Shown here: positions 45,835 to 54,582 of the stretch, one piece after another | Layout: the number at the start of each line of letters is the position of its first letter | How positions within the stretch are numbered: the stretch's first letter is position 1 | NCBI GenBank assembly: GCA_946223075.1 | Contig: CAMILZ010000001.1 | Location: 177,086 to 241,085, forward strand | Reading direction: 5' to 3' | Length of the DNA stretch: 64,000 nucleotides | Source: an uncultured Dermabacteraceae bacterium | GTDB taxonomy: Bacteria > Actinomycetota > Actinomycetes > Actinomycetales > Dermabacteraceae | The notes under the pieces: generated by a model | Told to the model about the DNA's origin: nothing | The model's input: only the letters and a program-made list of their open reading frames with translations | The model's database searches: none | Made by a program: the position numbers and the translations under genes

Positions 45835-46188
45835 ATGAATTCTCGCTCATTGCGAGGCACCCGGCTCGGTTCGCTCTCGATGGAAACGGACGACGGCGTT
45901 CTTGCCGCACCCCGCCAGGAAGCGAAGTACGACTGCCCAAACAAGCACATCATTATCCTCCCGTTCTCGGTCGAGGCTGATGTGCCGCTCGTGTGGGAGT
46001 GCCGCTGTGGCGAGACCGCCGTTCTTCGCGACCATGAAAAGCCGGAGGGCAAGCCCGGCAAGCCGCAGCGCACCCACTGGGACATGCTTCTCGAGCGCCG
46101 CTCGGAGGAGGAGCTTCAGGAGCTTCTCGATAAGCGCCTCGAGCTGCTGCGCGCAGGCAAGCTCCACTCGAACCGCCACTTCCTGTAG
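45835..46188 (+). CDS. rbpA: RNA polymerase-binding protein RbpA
   Basis: Close match to M. tuberculosis RbpA: LRGTRLGSLSMETDD...APRQEAKY...PQRTHWDMLLERRSEEELQELLDKRLELLRAG. Confidence 0.88.
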   Translation: MNSRSLRGTRLGSLSMETDDGVLAAPRQEAKYDCPNKHIIILPFSVEADVPLVWECRCGETAVLRDHEKPEGKPGKPQRTHWDMLLERRSEEELQELLDKRLELLRAGKLHSNRHFL

Positions 46189-46231
46189 AGCAGAGGTGCG
46201 GGCCGGGCACACGCGCCCGGTGCCAGTGAAA

Positions 46232-46855
46232 CTAGAGAACGTCGCCCTCGTAAGGGGGCGGCGTTTTTCCATCTCCGCCCCTGCGGCCTTCGCTCTTGGG
46301 GCGATCGCTCTTGGCAATCCGGGGAAGGTCCTCACTTGGGTGCGGGGAGGTGCCGGATGTTGCTCCGTGGGTGTTTTCCGACGCTTGCCTGGTCGTATCG
46401 ATGACGATTTCACTCTCGATTGCTGACCCCCGATGGGAGGTGAAGAGGAATCGTCGTGACGACGAACCGGAGCCGAGCCCCATCGAGGACAGGGTCTTTT
46501 TCTGCACGGGCGTGAAGAGAAGGATGAGCCCCGCGATATCGGTGAGAACGCCGGGGAAGAAGAACAACACGGCGGACATGAGCGTGAATGCGGGGCGCGA
46601 AAGATGTTTCTTGCGCTCGCCTCGCCCGGTCGCAGCGCGCCACAACGAGACAAGGCGAGTGAACGATTGCTGGCCGGCGGACAGCAGGAGCGCGAAACCC
46701 ACGACCCAGCCGAGCGCAATGAGGAGCAGAGGGACCCACCACCGTGTTGCCGATCCGATCCAGATGAGAATCGCGATCTCAAGGACGCCGAGAAGGATGG
46801 CCCCGACCGGGACTGCCCAGGCGGGAAGCGACCGGGTTTTCTGAGTGCTGTTCAT
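46232..46855 (-). CDS. fxsA: FxsA-family cytoplasmic membrane protein
   Basis: TM helices ...WAVPVGAILLGVLEIAILIWIGS...LLLIALGWVVGFALL... and ...FFPGVLTDIAGLILLFTPV. The track extends to 46912; the likely start is MNSTQK at 46855. Confidence 0.7.
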   Translation of the reverse strand: MNSTQKTRSLPAWAVPVGAILLGVLEIAILIWIGSATRWWVPLLLIALGWVVGFALLLSAGQQSFTRLVSLWRAATGRGERKKHLSRPAFTLMSAVLFFFPGVLTDIAGLILLFTPVQKKTLSSMGLGSGSSSRRFLFTSHRGSAIESEIVIDTTRQASENTHGATSGTSPHPSEDLPRIAKSDRPKSEGRRGGDGKTPPPYEGDVL

Positions 46856-47598
46856 CGAGCACCGCCCTTCACGAGACCGCGAAGTTGCGAGATTCTGCGC
46901 TCGATGCCCCACTGTGTGACCCGGAGCATTGCCTCCCGAATGATCGCGGAGCTCATCTTGGACTCACCGTGCTCGCGCTCATCAAAATCGATCGGTATTT
47001 CTCGGATCACGAAATTTTCTTCGCGGACCCTGCGCGTCATGTCGACTTGGAAGCAGTACCCCTGGCTCGCAATGCTTTCGCCGGCGAGCACGCTCTCGAG
47101 AACGTCCGCGCGAAACGCGCGAAAGCCGGCCGTTGCATCATTCACGCCGAGCCCGAGAGCAAGGTTGACGTAGGTATTGGCACCACGAGAGAGAAGCTCG
47201 CGATTCAGAGGCCAATTGTGGACCGCTCCGCCGGTGACCCAGCGCGAACCGATCGCCAGATCGGCGCCGCGCTCGATCGCGGTCAGGAGGGTCCCGAGCT
47301 GCTCGGGCCTGTGGGAAGAATCGGCGTCCATCTCGCACAGCACGTCGTAGCCGTTCTCGAGGCCCCACGTGAAGCCCGCGAGATACGCGGGTCCGAGGCC
47401 GCCCTTCTCCGTTCGGTGAAGTACGTGCACGTGAGCATCGTTCTTGGAGACTTGAACGGCCCACTCCCCCGTGCCATCGGGTGAGCCGTCATCAACGACG
47501 AGCACATGCGCCTCCGGTTCGGCTTGCCTGAGCCGCGCCAGCGTAGGCGGGAGGGCGTCGATCTCGTTATAGGTGGGAATGATGACGAGGGTGGTCAC
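46852..47598 (-). CDS. ppm1: Polyprenol-phosphate mannosyltransferase (Ppm1 catalytic domain, GT2)
   Basis: LVIIPTYNEIDALPPTLARL...HVLVVDDGSPDGTGEW (GT2 DXD region). Adjacent to lnt, as in species where Lnt and Ppm1 are split. Confidence 0.85.
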   Translation of the reverse strand: MTTLVIIPTYNEIDALPPTLARLRQAEPEAHVLVVDDGSPDGTGEWAVQVSKNDAHVHVLHRTEKGGLGPAYLAGFTWGLENGYDVLCEMDADSSHRPEQLGTLLTAIERGADLAIGSRWVTGGAVHNWPLNRELLSRGANTYVNLALGLGVNDATAGFRAFRADVLESVLAGESIASQGYCFQVDMTRRVREENFVIREIPIDFDEREHGESKMSSAIIREAMLRVTQWGIERRISQLRGLVKGGAR

Positions 47599-49205
47599 GG
47601 ACGTGTGCGCCTTTCTTTGATCGTGCGCGGCGGAGCGATGACACTGGCAAGAAGAACAACGCCGGCGAGGGCCACGATGATTCCCCGGATCACGACGCCG
47701 TGTTCCATCGCGGGGGTGAGGCCGGTGCGCACGGGCACGTCGGCAACCATCGTTCCTTCGGTCCAGTGGCCGAGCCCCGCGAGCTTTCGCCCTTCGGGTG
47801 TGAAAATTGCGGAATCGCCCACGGTCGAAATGTGCACGACGCTGCGGCCCGAAATCACGGCAAAGGCCTTCGCCTGAGCGAGTTGCTGAATCGATTCGTG
47901 GGAGTCGAGGAAGAGCGCATTGTTCGACTGCACGACGAGAACCTCGGCGCCCGCATTCACCGTGTCGGCGACGCTTCGTTCGTAAGCGATCTCAAAGCAG
48001 ATGAGCACACCCACCTCGGTGCCGGAGAGGTCGATTACCCCAACCTTGTCGCCCGGTGTCATGTCGCGCTCCACGAGTGAAACCTTGTCGGTGATCTTCG
48101 AGAAGACGTCACGCAAGGGAATGTATTCCCCGAAGGGGACCGGATGACGCTTGGTGTACTCCTGGTTGGTGGGCCCCTCGTCGTCCACGAGCACGGACGT
48201 GTTGAATCGTGCGTGATCGCCGTCGGGCCCCTGGGTGCCCACAAGGATCGGAGCACCCGCCTCGCCGGCGAGTTCCGTGAGGGTCGACATGCGCTCTGGA
48301 TTGTTCTGTACATCCCAGCCGGTTGAATCCTCGGGCCACACGAGAAGCCTCGCATGACCGTCGTTCGCGAGGAATTCACGCGTTTGCCTCACGTGGTTGG
48401 CGAACATCGTGTCGGGAATGTAATAGGAACCTGCTTCGGGCCGCTCGATGTTGCCTTGGATTCCGGCAATACGAATCGAATGATGGCCCGTATCCACGGA
48501 GTTCGCCGGCCTTGGGGTCACGAGGGCACACAGCACGATGAGGATGGCCACGGAAGCTGGCCACACGGCGTGCATCCCGTTGCGACCGCGCGCCCTTCGG
48601 AAGGTCAGCGCACTCACCGTGCTGAGCACGTAGGCACCGAGCAAACCCGAGACTGCGCCGAGGCCCGTCACGCCGATCCACGGGCCGAAGTTCAAGAGCG
48701 GCGACTCGGCGAGGGCAAAGGCGCTCATACCCCAGGAAAGCCCACCCCACGGCACGCTTGCACGCACAAACTCCATGAGCGCCCACACACACGCGAGACC
48801 CACGCTGCTCGAGAACCGGATACCACGCCGCACGAGAATGAACCGAGCGAGCACGCTCAACACCGCAATGTACAGAGCTTCGAAAATCGCGAGCGCGAGA
48901 TGCGGGCCCAACCCTGCATAGATACTGGCCCACGAGAAAAGCGGGATAAAAGCACTGACCCCGAAAGCGAGGCCGCTCAGGAACGCCACCCACCAGCGAC
49001 GCGTAAACGATGCGAAGAAAAGAGCTCCGAGAGAAAGCGGGAGAAGCCCCCAAAGTCCGTAGGGATCGAAAGAAAAATTAAAGAGGAGCCCGCCGACGAC
49101 AGCGCTCACGAGAGCGAGGATCGGGGGTGTGAATTTTTCTCCCTCGAAATGCGGTACGAGGATCTCGCGAGTATCGCTCTCAGCTTCGCTACTTTTCGCT
49201 TTCAC
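47595..49205 (-). CDS. lnt: Apolipoprotein N-acyltransferase
   Basis: Polytopic N-terminal domain plus a CN-hydrolase domain (ARLLVWPEDSTG; ...VLICFEIAYE...). 4-nt overlap with ppm1. Confidence 0.85.
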   Translation of the reverse strand: MKAKSSEAESDTREILVPHFEGEKFTPPILALVSAVVGGLLFNFSFDPYGLWGLLPLSLGALFFASFTRRWWVAFLSGLAFGVSAFIPLFSWASIYAGLGPHLALAIFEALYIAVLSVLARFILVRRGIRFSSSVGLACVWALMEFVRASVPWGGLSWGMSAFALAESPLLNFGPWIGVTGLGAVSGLLGAYVLSTVSALTFRRARGRNGMHAVWPASVAILIVLCALVTPRPANSVDTGHHSIRIAGIQGNIERPEAGSYYIPDTMFANHVRQTREFLANDGHARLLVWPEDSTGWDVQNNPERMSTLTELAGEAGAPILVGTQGPDGDHARFNTSVLVDDEGPTNQEYTKRHPVPFGEYIPLRDVFSKITDKVSLVERDMTPGDKVGVIDLSGTEVGVLICFEIAYERSVADTVNAGAEVLVVQSNNALFLDSHESIQQLAQAKAFAVISGRSVVHISTVGDSAIFTPEGRKLAGLGHWTEGTMVADVPVRTGLTPAMEHGVVIRGIIVALAGVVLLASVIAPPRTIKERRTRP

Positions 49206-49345
49206 GCGAAGCTCCTCGCAGGGAGAAGCAGAAGAAGAGACGGCACTGAGGAGGCAACGGTGATCACCGCCGCGCGCGCTTTCTTAACCGTCATTCCTCG
49301 CCTTCACCGATGTCTCGACAACAACTGTTTCTCAAAACAGCGCTT

Positions 49346-52183
49346 TTACATATCTTGAGCCACGATCCCGCGCAAAAGCTGAAGGCGAGCCTTGCGCGCG
49401 GTCGCGGCAACTCCCGTGTGCGCCTCTCCCGGAACATGAGCGAGATGGTCAAGAAGGTCGATGACCTGCCGCACGTGCCTCACGAAGTCTCCGGGTGCGA
49501 CGGGAACATTGCCAACGGACTGCGCAAATCCCTCCCCCTTGGCCCAGCGGTACACGGCCGAGCACAGACCAGCGTGTGGTGCGGCAGTCTGCTCGAGACC
49601 CGCCCGCCGCTCGTGAACGTTGACGTCATCGGTGAGGAAGGAGAGCGCGTAGAGGGCGCGGGTGATGCTGCGATCGTCGTGGTCTTCACTCCCGCCCTCG
49701 TCGCGCCGCGGCTCATAGCTCAGCGCGCTCGCGACCGCAGCGAGCGCAACGGGCGAGAGCTCCTCGAGAACGCCCTGAGCAAGGGCCTCGCACACGAGCA
49801 GGTCACGTTCCGAATAAACGCGCTTGAGCAGCTCGCCCTTCGCCGTCACCGCGACATGCCGGGTGGCGTCGGACTCCCCCACGTATCCGAGTGCCTCAAG
49901 GACTTCGCGCACGCGATCAAACTGCCGCACGAGCTGGGAAGTGCGCTGCTCAATCGTGCGCTCCGCCCTCGCTGCTTCACGCGCGGCCTTCCGGTAGCGC
50001 GAAATCCACCGCATATGCTGCTCGCGATCCTCGCAGTGGTGGCACGGATGCGCACGCAAGGCCTCGCGAAGCTCGACGAGCAAAGAATCGTGGCTCGGAT
50101 TCGCCGACTTCTCGCTCGAGCGTGCCCTCACGGCTTTGCGAGGGGAATCCTCCCCACGAAGCTTTTCCCGCAGCGCCGAAGCGGTGTCCCTGCGCACTCG
50201 CGCACTGCGCACACGATCGAGGGAGGGCACCCTCATCGTTTCGAGCACCATGGGGCTTGCCGAGAAATCCTCCATGTACAAGTCCCTGAGCTGACCCTCG
50301 CGCGTAATCACCCACACGCGGGGCCCCCTCACGGTCTTGTCGTGGTCGATGACCACGGCAAATCCCGAACGGCGACCGCCGGGAATCGCGATGATCTCAC
50401 CCCGTCGAAGCTTGCCCACGATCGAGCGGGTGCGTTCGCGCTGTTTCTCGGCGCGGGTGCGGCTCAGTTCCTTCTCACGCGCGGAAATTTTTTCGAGGAT
50501 ATCCGCGTACTCGGCGATATCGCCCTTCGAACACCGCATCGCTTCGCGATACTGCTCGGCGACGTCGTGCTTCTCACGCGCCTTGCGCGCTTGGGCCACG
50601 ACGCTGCGGTCCGTGTGGAACTGCGCAAAGCTGCTTTCGAGAGTCTCGTAGGCCTCGTCGAGACTGTAGCGACCAAGCAGGTTGACGGCCATGTTGTAGG
50701 TGGGTCTGAATGCCGAGCGCAGCTTGTAGGTTCGCGTCGACGCGAGTCCCGCGACATCCTGAGCAGCCACCGAGGATCCAACCACGACAACGGCGTGGCC
50801 CTCGACGTCGATACCGCGTCGCCCCGCACGGCCCGTGAGCTGGGTGTATTCCCCCGGGGTGATCTTCGCGTGTTCGGTCCCGTTGAATTTGGTGAGCTTA
50901 TCGAGGACGACGGTACGCGCCGGCATATTGATCCCAAGAGCGAGCGTTTCCGTCGCGCACACAACCTTCACGAGGCCTCGTGCGAAGAGGTCTTCGATGA
51001 CGGCTTTGACCGCGGGAAGCTGCCCTGCGTGGTGAGCCGCGAGACCGTTCATCGCCGCGCGTTCAATCCGCCCGATTCCTAGCGCATCGTAGTCATCCGC
51101 CCGCAAATCGCCGAGCGCAGCTCGGAAGGCTTCTTTGATCTGTGAGCGCTCCGCGTCGTCGGTGAGGCGCACGTTTGCGCGCATGAGTTGCGCGATGGCT
51201 TGATCGCAGCCGCTTCGGGAAAAAATGAAGAAGATTGCGGGCAGCATGCCCTTGTGCTCAAGGAGGAAAACGACATCGGCGCGGCTCATCGCGCGAGGCC
51301 GCATCCTCTGGTCATGGCGATTCGAGCGGTGATGCCCGCGCTGATCGTTGCGGCGATCGCGGTATCCTCGCCGACCTGATCGCCCTCCCTTGCGGCCACG
51401 ACCGTGACGCTTCCCGCCGTGACGGTGGCCCGAAGGAACATCGTCCCACGATCCTTGACCGATCTCGGCGAGCAGAGGATTGACTTCGCGATAGCGCCTG
51501 TGGGCAAACGGGCCGTGCGAGGGCGTGGCCTGGCCATCCTCGTCGAGGAACACGTCGATGAGCTCGTGATCACTCAGCACGTGCTGCCACAGCGGAATCG
51601 GTCGCCGCTCCGAAACGATCACCTCGGTGCTGCCGCGAACCTCTTCGATCCACGCACCAAACTCCTCAACGTTCGACACTGTCGCGCTCAGCGCGACGAG
51701 CTGCACACTCCTTGGCAGGTGGATAATGATTTCTTCCCACACGGGCCCGCGCATGCGATCGGCAAGGTAGTGAACCTCGTCCATGACGACATAGCCGAGT
51801 GAGGACAGCGTTGGAGAATCGGCGTACATCATGTTGCGGAGGATTTCGGTCGTCATGACCACGACCTGCGCCTCCGAATTGATGTTGACGTCGCCCGTCA
51901 CGAGACCCACGGCGTCGTGCCCGAGCCATTCGACAAACTCCTGATATTTCTGGTTGCTCAGCGCTTTAATCGGCGTCGTGTAAAACACCTTGACCCCGTG
52001 GGAGAGAGCCCGGTGAACCGCGTATTCCCCCGCGATCGTTTTGCCCGCGCCAGTCGGGGCCGCCACAAGAACGGAACTTCCACGGTCGAGGGCATCCATC
52101 GCACTCAGCTGGAAGGGATCAAGCTCAAAGGAAAAACGCTCGAGAAAGGCTTTGCGGACGTCGGTTGTCGCGTTCTCGTTCAT
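49346..52183 (-). CDS. helY: Ski2-like DExH-box RNA helicase HelY
   Basis: VLVAAPTGAGKTIAGEYA (motif I), VVMDEVHYLAD (DEVH). The ~945 aa length and C-terminal region are typical of HelY. Upstream of tatC as in mycobacteria. Confidence 0.88.
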   Translation of the reverse strand: MNENATTDVRKAFLERFSFELDPFQLSAMDALDRGSSVLVAAPTGAGKTIAGEYAVHRALSHGVKVFYTTPIKALSNQKYQEFVEWLGHDAVGLVTGDVNINSEAQVVVMTTEILRNMMYADSPTLSSLGYVVMDEVHYLADRMRGPVWEEIIIHLPRSVQLVALSATVSNVEEFGAWIEEVRGSTEVIVSERRPIPLWQHVLSDHELIDVFLDEDGQATPSHGPFAHRRYREVNPLLAEIGQGSWDDVPSGHRHGGKRHGRGRKGGRSGRRGYRDRRNDQRGHHRSNRHDQRMRPRAMSRADVVFLLEHKGMLPAIFFIFSRSGCDQAIAQLMRANVRLTDDAERSQIKEAFRAALGDLRADDYDALGIGRIERAAMNGLAAHHAGQLPAVKAVIEDLFARGLVKVVCATETLALGINMPARTVVLDKLTKFNGTEHAKITPGEYTQLTGRAGRRGIDVEGHAVVVVGSSVAAQDVAGLASTRTYKLRSAFRPTYNMAVNLLGRYSLDEAYETLESSFAQFHTDRSVVAQARKAREKHDVAEQYREAMRCSKGDIAEYADILEKISAREKELSRTRAEKQRERTRSIVGKLRRGEIIAIPGGRRSGFAVVIDHDKTVRGPRVWVITREGQLRDLYMEDFSASPMVLETMRVPSLDRVRSARVRRDTASALREKLRGEDSPRKAVRARSSEKSANPSHDSLLVELREALRAHPCHHCEDREQHMRWISRYRKAAREAARAERTIEQRTSQLVRQFDRVREVLEALGYVGESDATRHVAVTAKGELLKRVYSERDLLVCEALAQGVLEELSPVALAAVASALSYEPRRDEGGSEDHDDRSITRALYALSFLTDDVNVHERRAGLEQTAAPHAGLCSAVYRWAKGEGFAQSVGNVPVAPGDFVRHVRQVIDLLDHLAHVPGEAHTGVAATARKARLQLLRGIVAQDM

Positions 52184-53115
52184 GCTGCGACCTCCTCGGT
52201 TTCGGCATCGTGGAGAGGTGGAGAAAGGATGCTCACCGCCCCGGGCAACACGCGTGCGTGGAGCGGGAGGAACGACCGGGACTCCCCGTCACTACACACC
52301 TCAAGTGGCTCGCGCGAACCGATCGTGAGGCTCGTACACCGTGTGAGGGCGTACTGCTCGAGACTCACGTGCGTCCCGGAGAACACGCGAGGGAAAAATC
52401 GCACGAGGCCGGCCCGCGAAATGCCCGCGACGCTCACGAGTTCGAGCACGCCATCATCGAGGCGCGACTTCGGGCAGTACTTCATGCCGCCCCCGAAGTA
52501 TCCCGAATTGCAGAGCGTGAGAAGCGAGGCCTCAATCTCGACGCGCTCGCCACCGTCCACCTCAACCCAGTACTCGCGTGGCCTGTAGGCGAAAAGCTCG
52601 CGTGCAACGGCAGATGTGTACCCGAACCGCGAGCGATTCGCACGCGCGTTCACAATCGCGTCGAAGCCCATGTTGAGATTGCCGAGGGCGATGACGCTCT
52701 CGCTCTTCGATTCGCCTTCGAAGTGCGCCTCGATCGCGTCGATGCGCTGTTCGGTGCGCGCGAGTGCGGAGACAAGGGTGCGTACGGCGGCGTCGGAATC
52801 CCCGAGTGGAAGCCCAAGCGCGCGTGCCAAGTCGTTTCCGGAACCAGCCGGGACGATGCCGAGTCGTGTGCGGGTTCCGCACACGAGCGAGGCACCAAGT
52901 GCGACGGTGCCGTCCCCTCCCACGACGACGAGCGCGTCAAGCGTATCGAGGACCGCGCGTGCGCGACGTCGCGCGGTCACGGCATCGGGCGCGGAGAGAT
53001 CGATAACCGAAAGCCCGGCGGCACCGAGAAGCGCGCGCACATCATGACCAATGTTGCCCGCGCGACGTTTTGCCGCATACGGGTTCGCGATGAGCCCGAC
53101 TCGAAGGCGGCTCAT
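52180..53115 (-). CDS. Diacylglycerol-kinase catalytic-domain lipid kinase (YegS/DagK family)
   Basis: LIANPYAAKRRAG...LVVVGGDGTV is the DAGK_cat motif. Confidence 0.75.
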   Translation of the reverse strand: MSRLRVGLIANPYAAKRRAGNIGHDVRALLGAAGLSVIDLSAPDAVTARRRARAVLDTLDALVVVGGDGTVALGASLVCGTRTRLGIVPAGSGNDLARALGLPLGDSDAAVRTLVSALARTEQRIDAIEAHFEGESKSESVIALGNLNMGFDAIVNARANRSRFGYTSAVARELFAYRPREYWVEVDGGERVEIEASLLTLCNSGYFGGGMKYCPKSRLDDGVLELVSVAGISRAGLVRFFPRVFSGTHVSLEQYALTRCTSLTIGSREPLEVCSDGESRSFLPLHARVLPGAVSILSPPLHDAETEEVAA

Positions 53116-54038
53116 GATTCTTTCGGCCCGGTGTCCTTGCGGGAGTCGGCGTAGGCATCATCGAGCGACTTCGGCAGGGCGATCTCGGAGGGAACGTACT
53201 CGCCGGACTCCGTGAAGGCCGCTTGCTTCTTGAGCCGCTTCTCACGGCGCGTCTCAAGAATGTACGCCACGAAGACCGCGCCAAAGTACAGCACGAGGAA
53301 GGGCGAGGTCACGAGCAAAAGCGTGATCGGCTCGGGGGTGGGCACCATGGCGGCGGTGAAAATAAAGCTGATGAGGATCGCCCAGCGCCAAGCCTTGAGG
53401 ATCGTGCGCCACGGCAAAATGCCCACGATGTTGAGCGCCACGAGGAACACGGGATAGATGAAGGCGACGCCGAACACCATGCAGGTCTTGACGACGAGCT
53501 CGATGTAGTCGCGGAACTCGACGAGCTGGAGAACTTCCTTGTTCGGGCCGAACGTCATGAGGATCGGGATGGCGCGCGTGATCGCAAAGTACCCAAAGAT
53601 TGCGCCCGCGAGGAAGAGCGGACCGGAAGACAGGAGGAAGGACAGTGCCCAGCGTTTCTCGTTCTTCTTGAGGCCGAGCGAGATGAATGCCCACGCTTCA
53701 TACACGATGACGGGGACACTCAACGCCACGCCGATGTAGGCGGCGAGCCTTAGGTGGGTCTCGAAAGTGCCGGCGACTCCGCCGATGTTGATCGCGACGT
53801 TGTACCCGAGACCCTTGAGCTCGCGGAACGGCACGGCGAGGGCTTCGTAGAGGGGGTAGTAGAGGAACCACCCTGCGATGGAGAAGAGGACAACGAAAAC
53901 CGCGACGATGAAGATGCGGTCACGAAGTTCGGCGAGGTGCTCGCCAAGACTCATGCGCCCTTCTGGATCGCGGGGGCGTTTCTTCTTCTTTGCCACGTGT
54001 GTCGTCCTACCCTCAATCTCCGCCCGGCCCTCGCTCAT
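53112..54038 (-). CDS. tatC: Sec-independent protein translocase TatC
   Basis: LGEHLAELRDRIFIVAVFVVLFSIAGWFLYYPLYEAL... with six TM helices. Confidence 0.9.
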   Translation of the reverse strand: MSEGRAEIEGRTTHVAKKKKRPRDPEGRMSLGEHLAELRDRIFIVAVFVVLFSIAGWFLYYPLYEALAVPFRELKGLGYNVAINIGGVAGTFETHLRLAAYIGVALSVPVIVYEAWAFISLGLKKNEKRWALSFLLSSGPLFLAGAIFGYFAITRAIPILMTFGPNKEVLQLVEFRDYIELVVKTCMVFGVAFIYPVFLVALNIVGILPWRTILKAWRWAILISFIFTAAMVPTPEPITLLLVTSPFLVLYFGAVFVAYILETRREKRLKKQAAFTESGEYVPSEIALPKSLDDAYADSRKDTGPKES

Positions 54039-54069
54039 TGAGGGCCGGGCTTGCTACATGCGTGTCGCG

Positions 54070-54297
54070 TCAGTCGCGGCGGTAGAGGTCGTCCGAGCGA
54101 CCATCGGCGCGGAAGTCCTCGCGATCGCGGTCGTCGAGAACGTGTTCCTCGCGGCGGTAGTCGCGGTCGCGATCGTCTCGGCGGTAATCGCGCTCACGCT
54201 CATCCCGGCGGTAGTCGCGGTCGCGGTCGTCTCGCGCGTCATACGAACGGTCGCTACGGCGCGAACCGTCGCGGTCGCGCTTGACGTCGATCGAGGC
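54070..54297 (-). repeat. Coding tandem repeats (RDYRRD(E/D)R(E/D) units) in the tatA 3' half
   Basis: At the nucleotide level the segment GGCGGTAGTCGCGGTCGCG... recurs, encoding repeated RDRDYRRDE units. Confidence 0.65.
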
Positions 54298-54474
54298 TTC
54301 AGTGTGCTCGTCGTCTTCGTCCTTGCGCATCTCGGAGACCTCGCTCTTGAAGATGCGCATGGACTCACCCATGTTGCGCGCGAGGCCCGGGAGCTTGTTC
54401 GCACCAAAGAGCAGCACGATCAGGACAAGAAGAATCAGAATCGGCCAAGGGCTCCGAATGAAACCTGTACCCAT
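54070..54474 (-). CDS. tatA: Sec-independent protein translocase TatA/E with a long Arg/Asp/Tyr-repeat C-terminal tail
   Basis: PWPILILLVLIVLLFGANKLPGLARNMGESMRIFKSEV is the TatA TM plus amphipathic helix. An ~75-aa tail follows: RDRDGSRRSDRSYDARDDRDRDYRRDERERDYRRDDRDRDYRRE... Confidence 0.85.
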   Translation of the reverse strand: MGTGFIRSPWPILILLVLIVLLFGANKLPGLARNMGESMRIFKSEVSEMRKDEDDEHTEASIDVKRDRDGSRRSDRSYDARDDRDRDYRRDERERDYRRDDRDRDYRREEHVLDDRDREDFRADGRSDDLYRRD

Positions 54475-54582
54475 GTGTAATCACCATCCAAAGTGTGTGA
54501 TGTGTGTGCCGAGGAGATCGACACGTATAAAATTTTCGCACAGACACCACCGGTCAATCCGGATCGTCTCGGCCGCTCCAGC

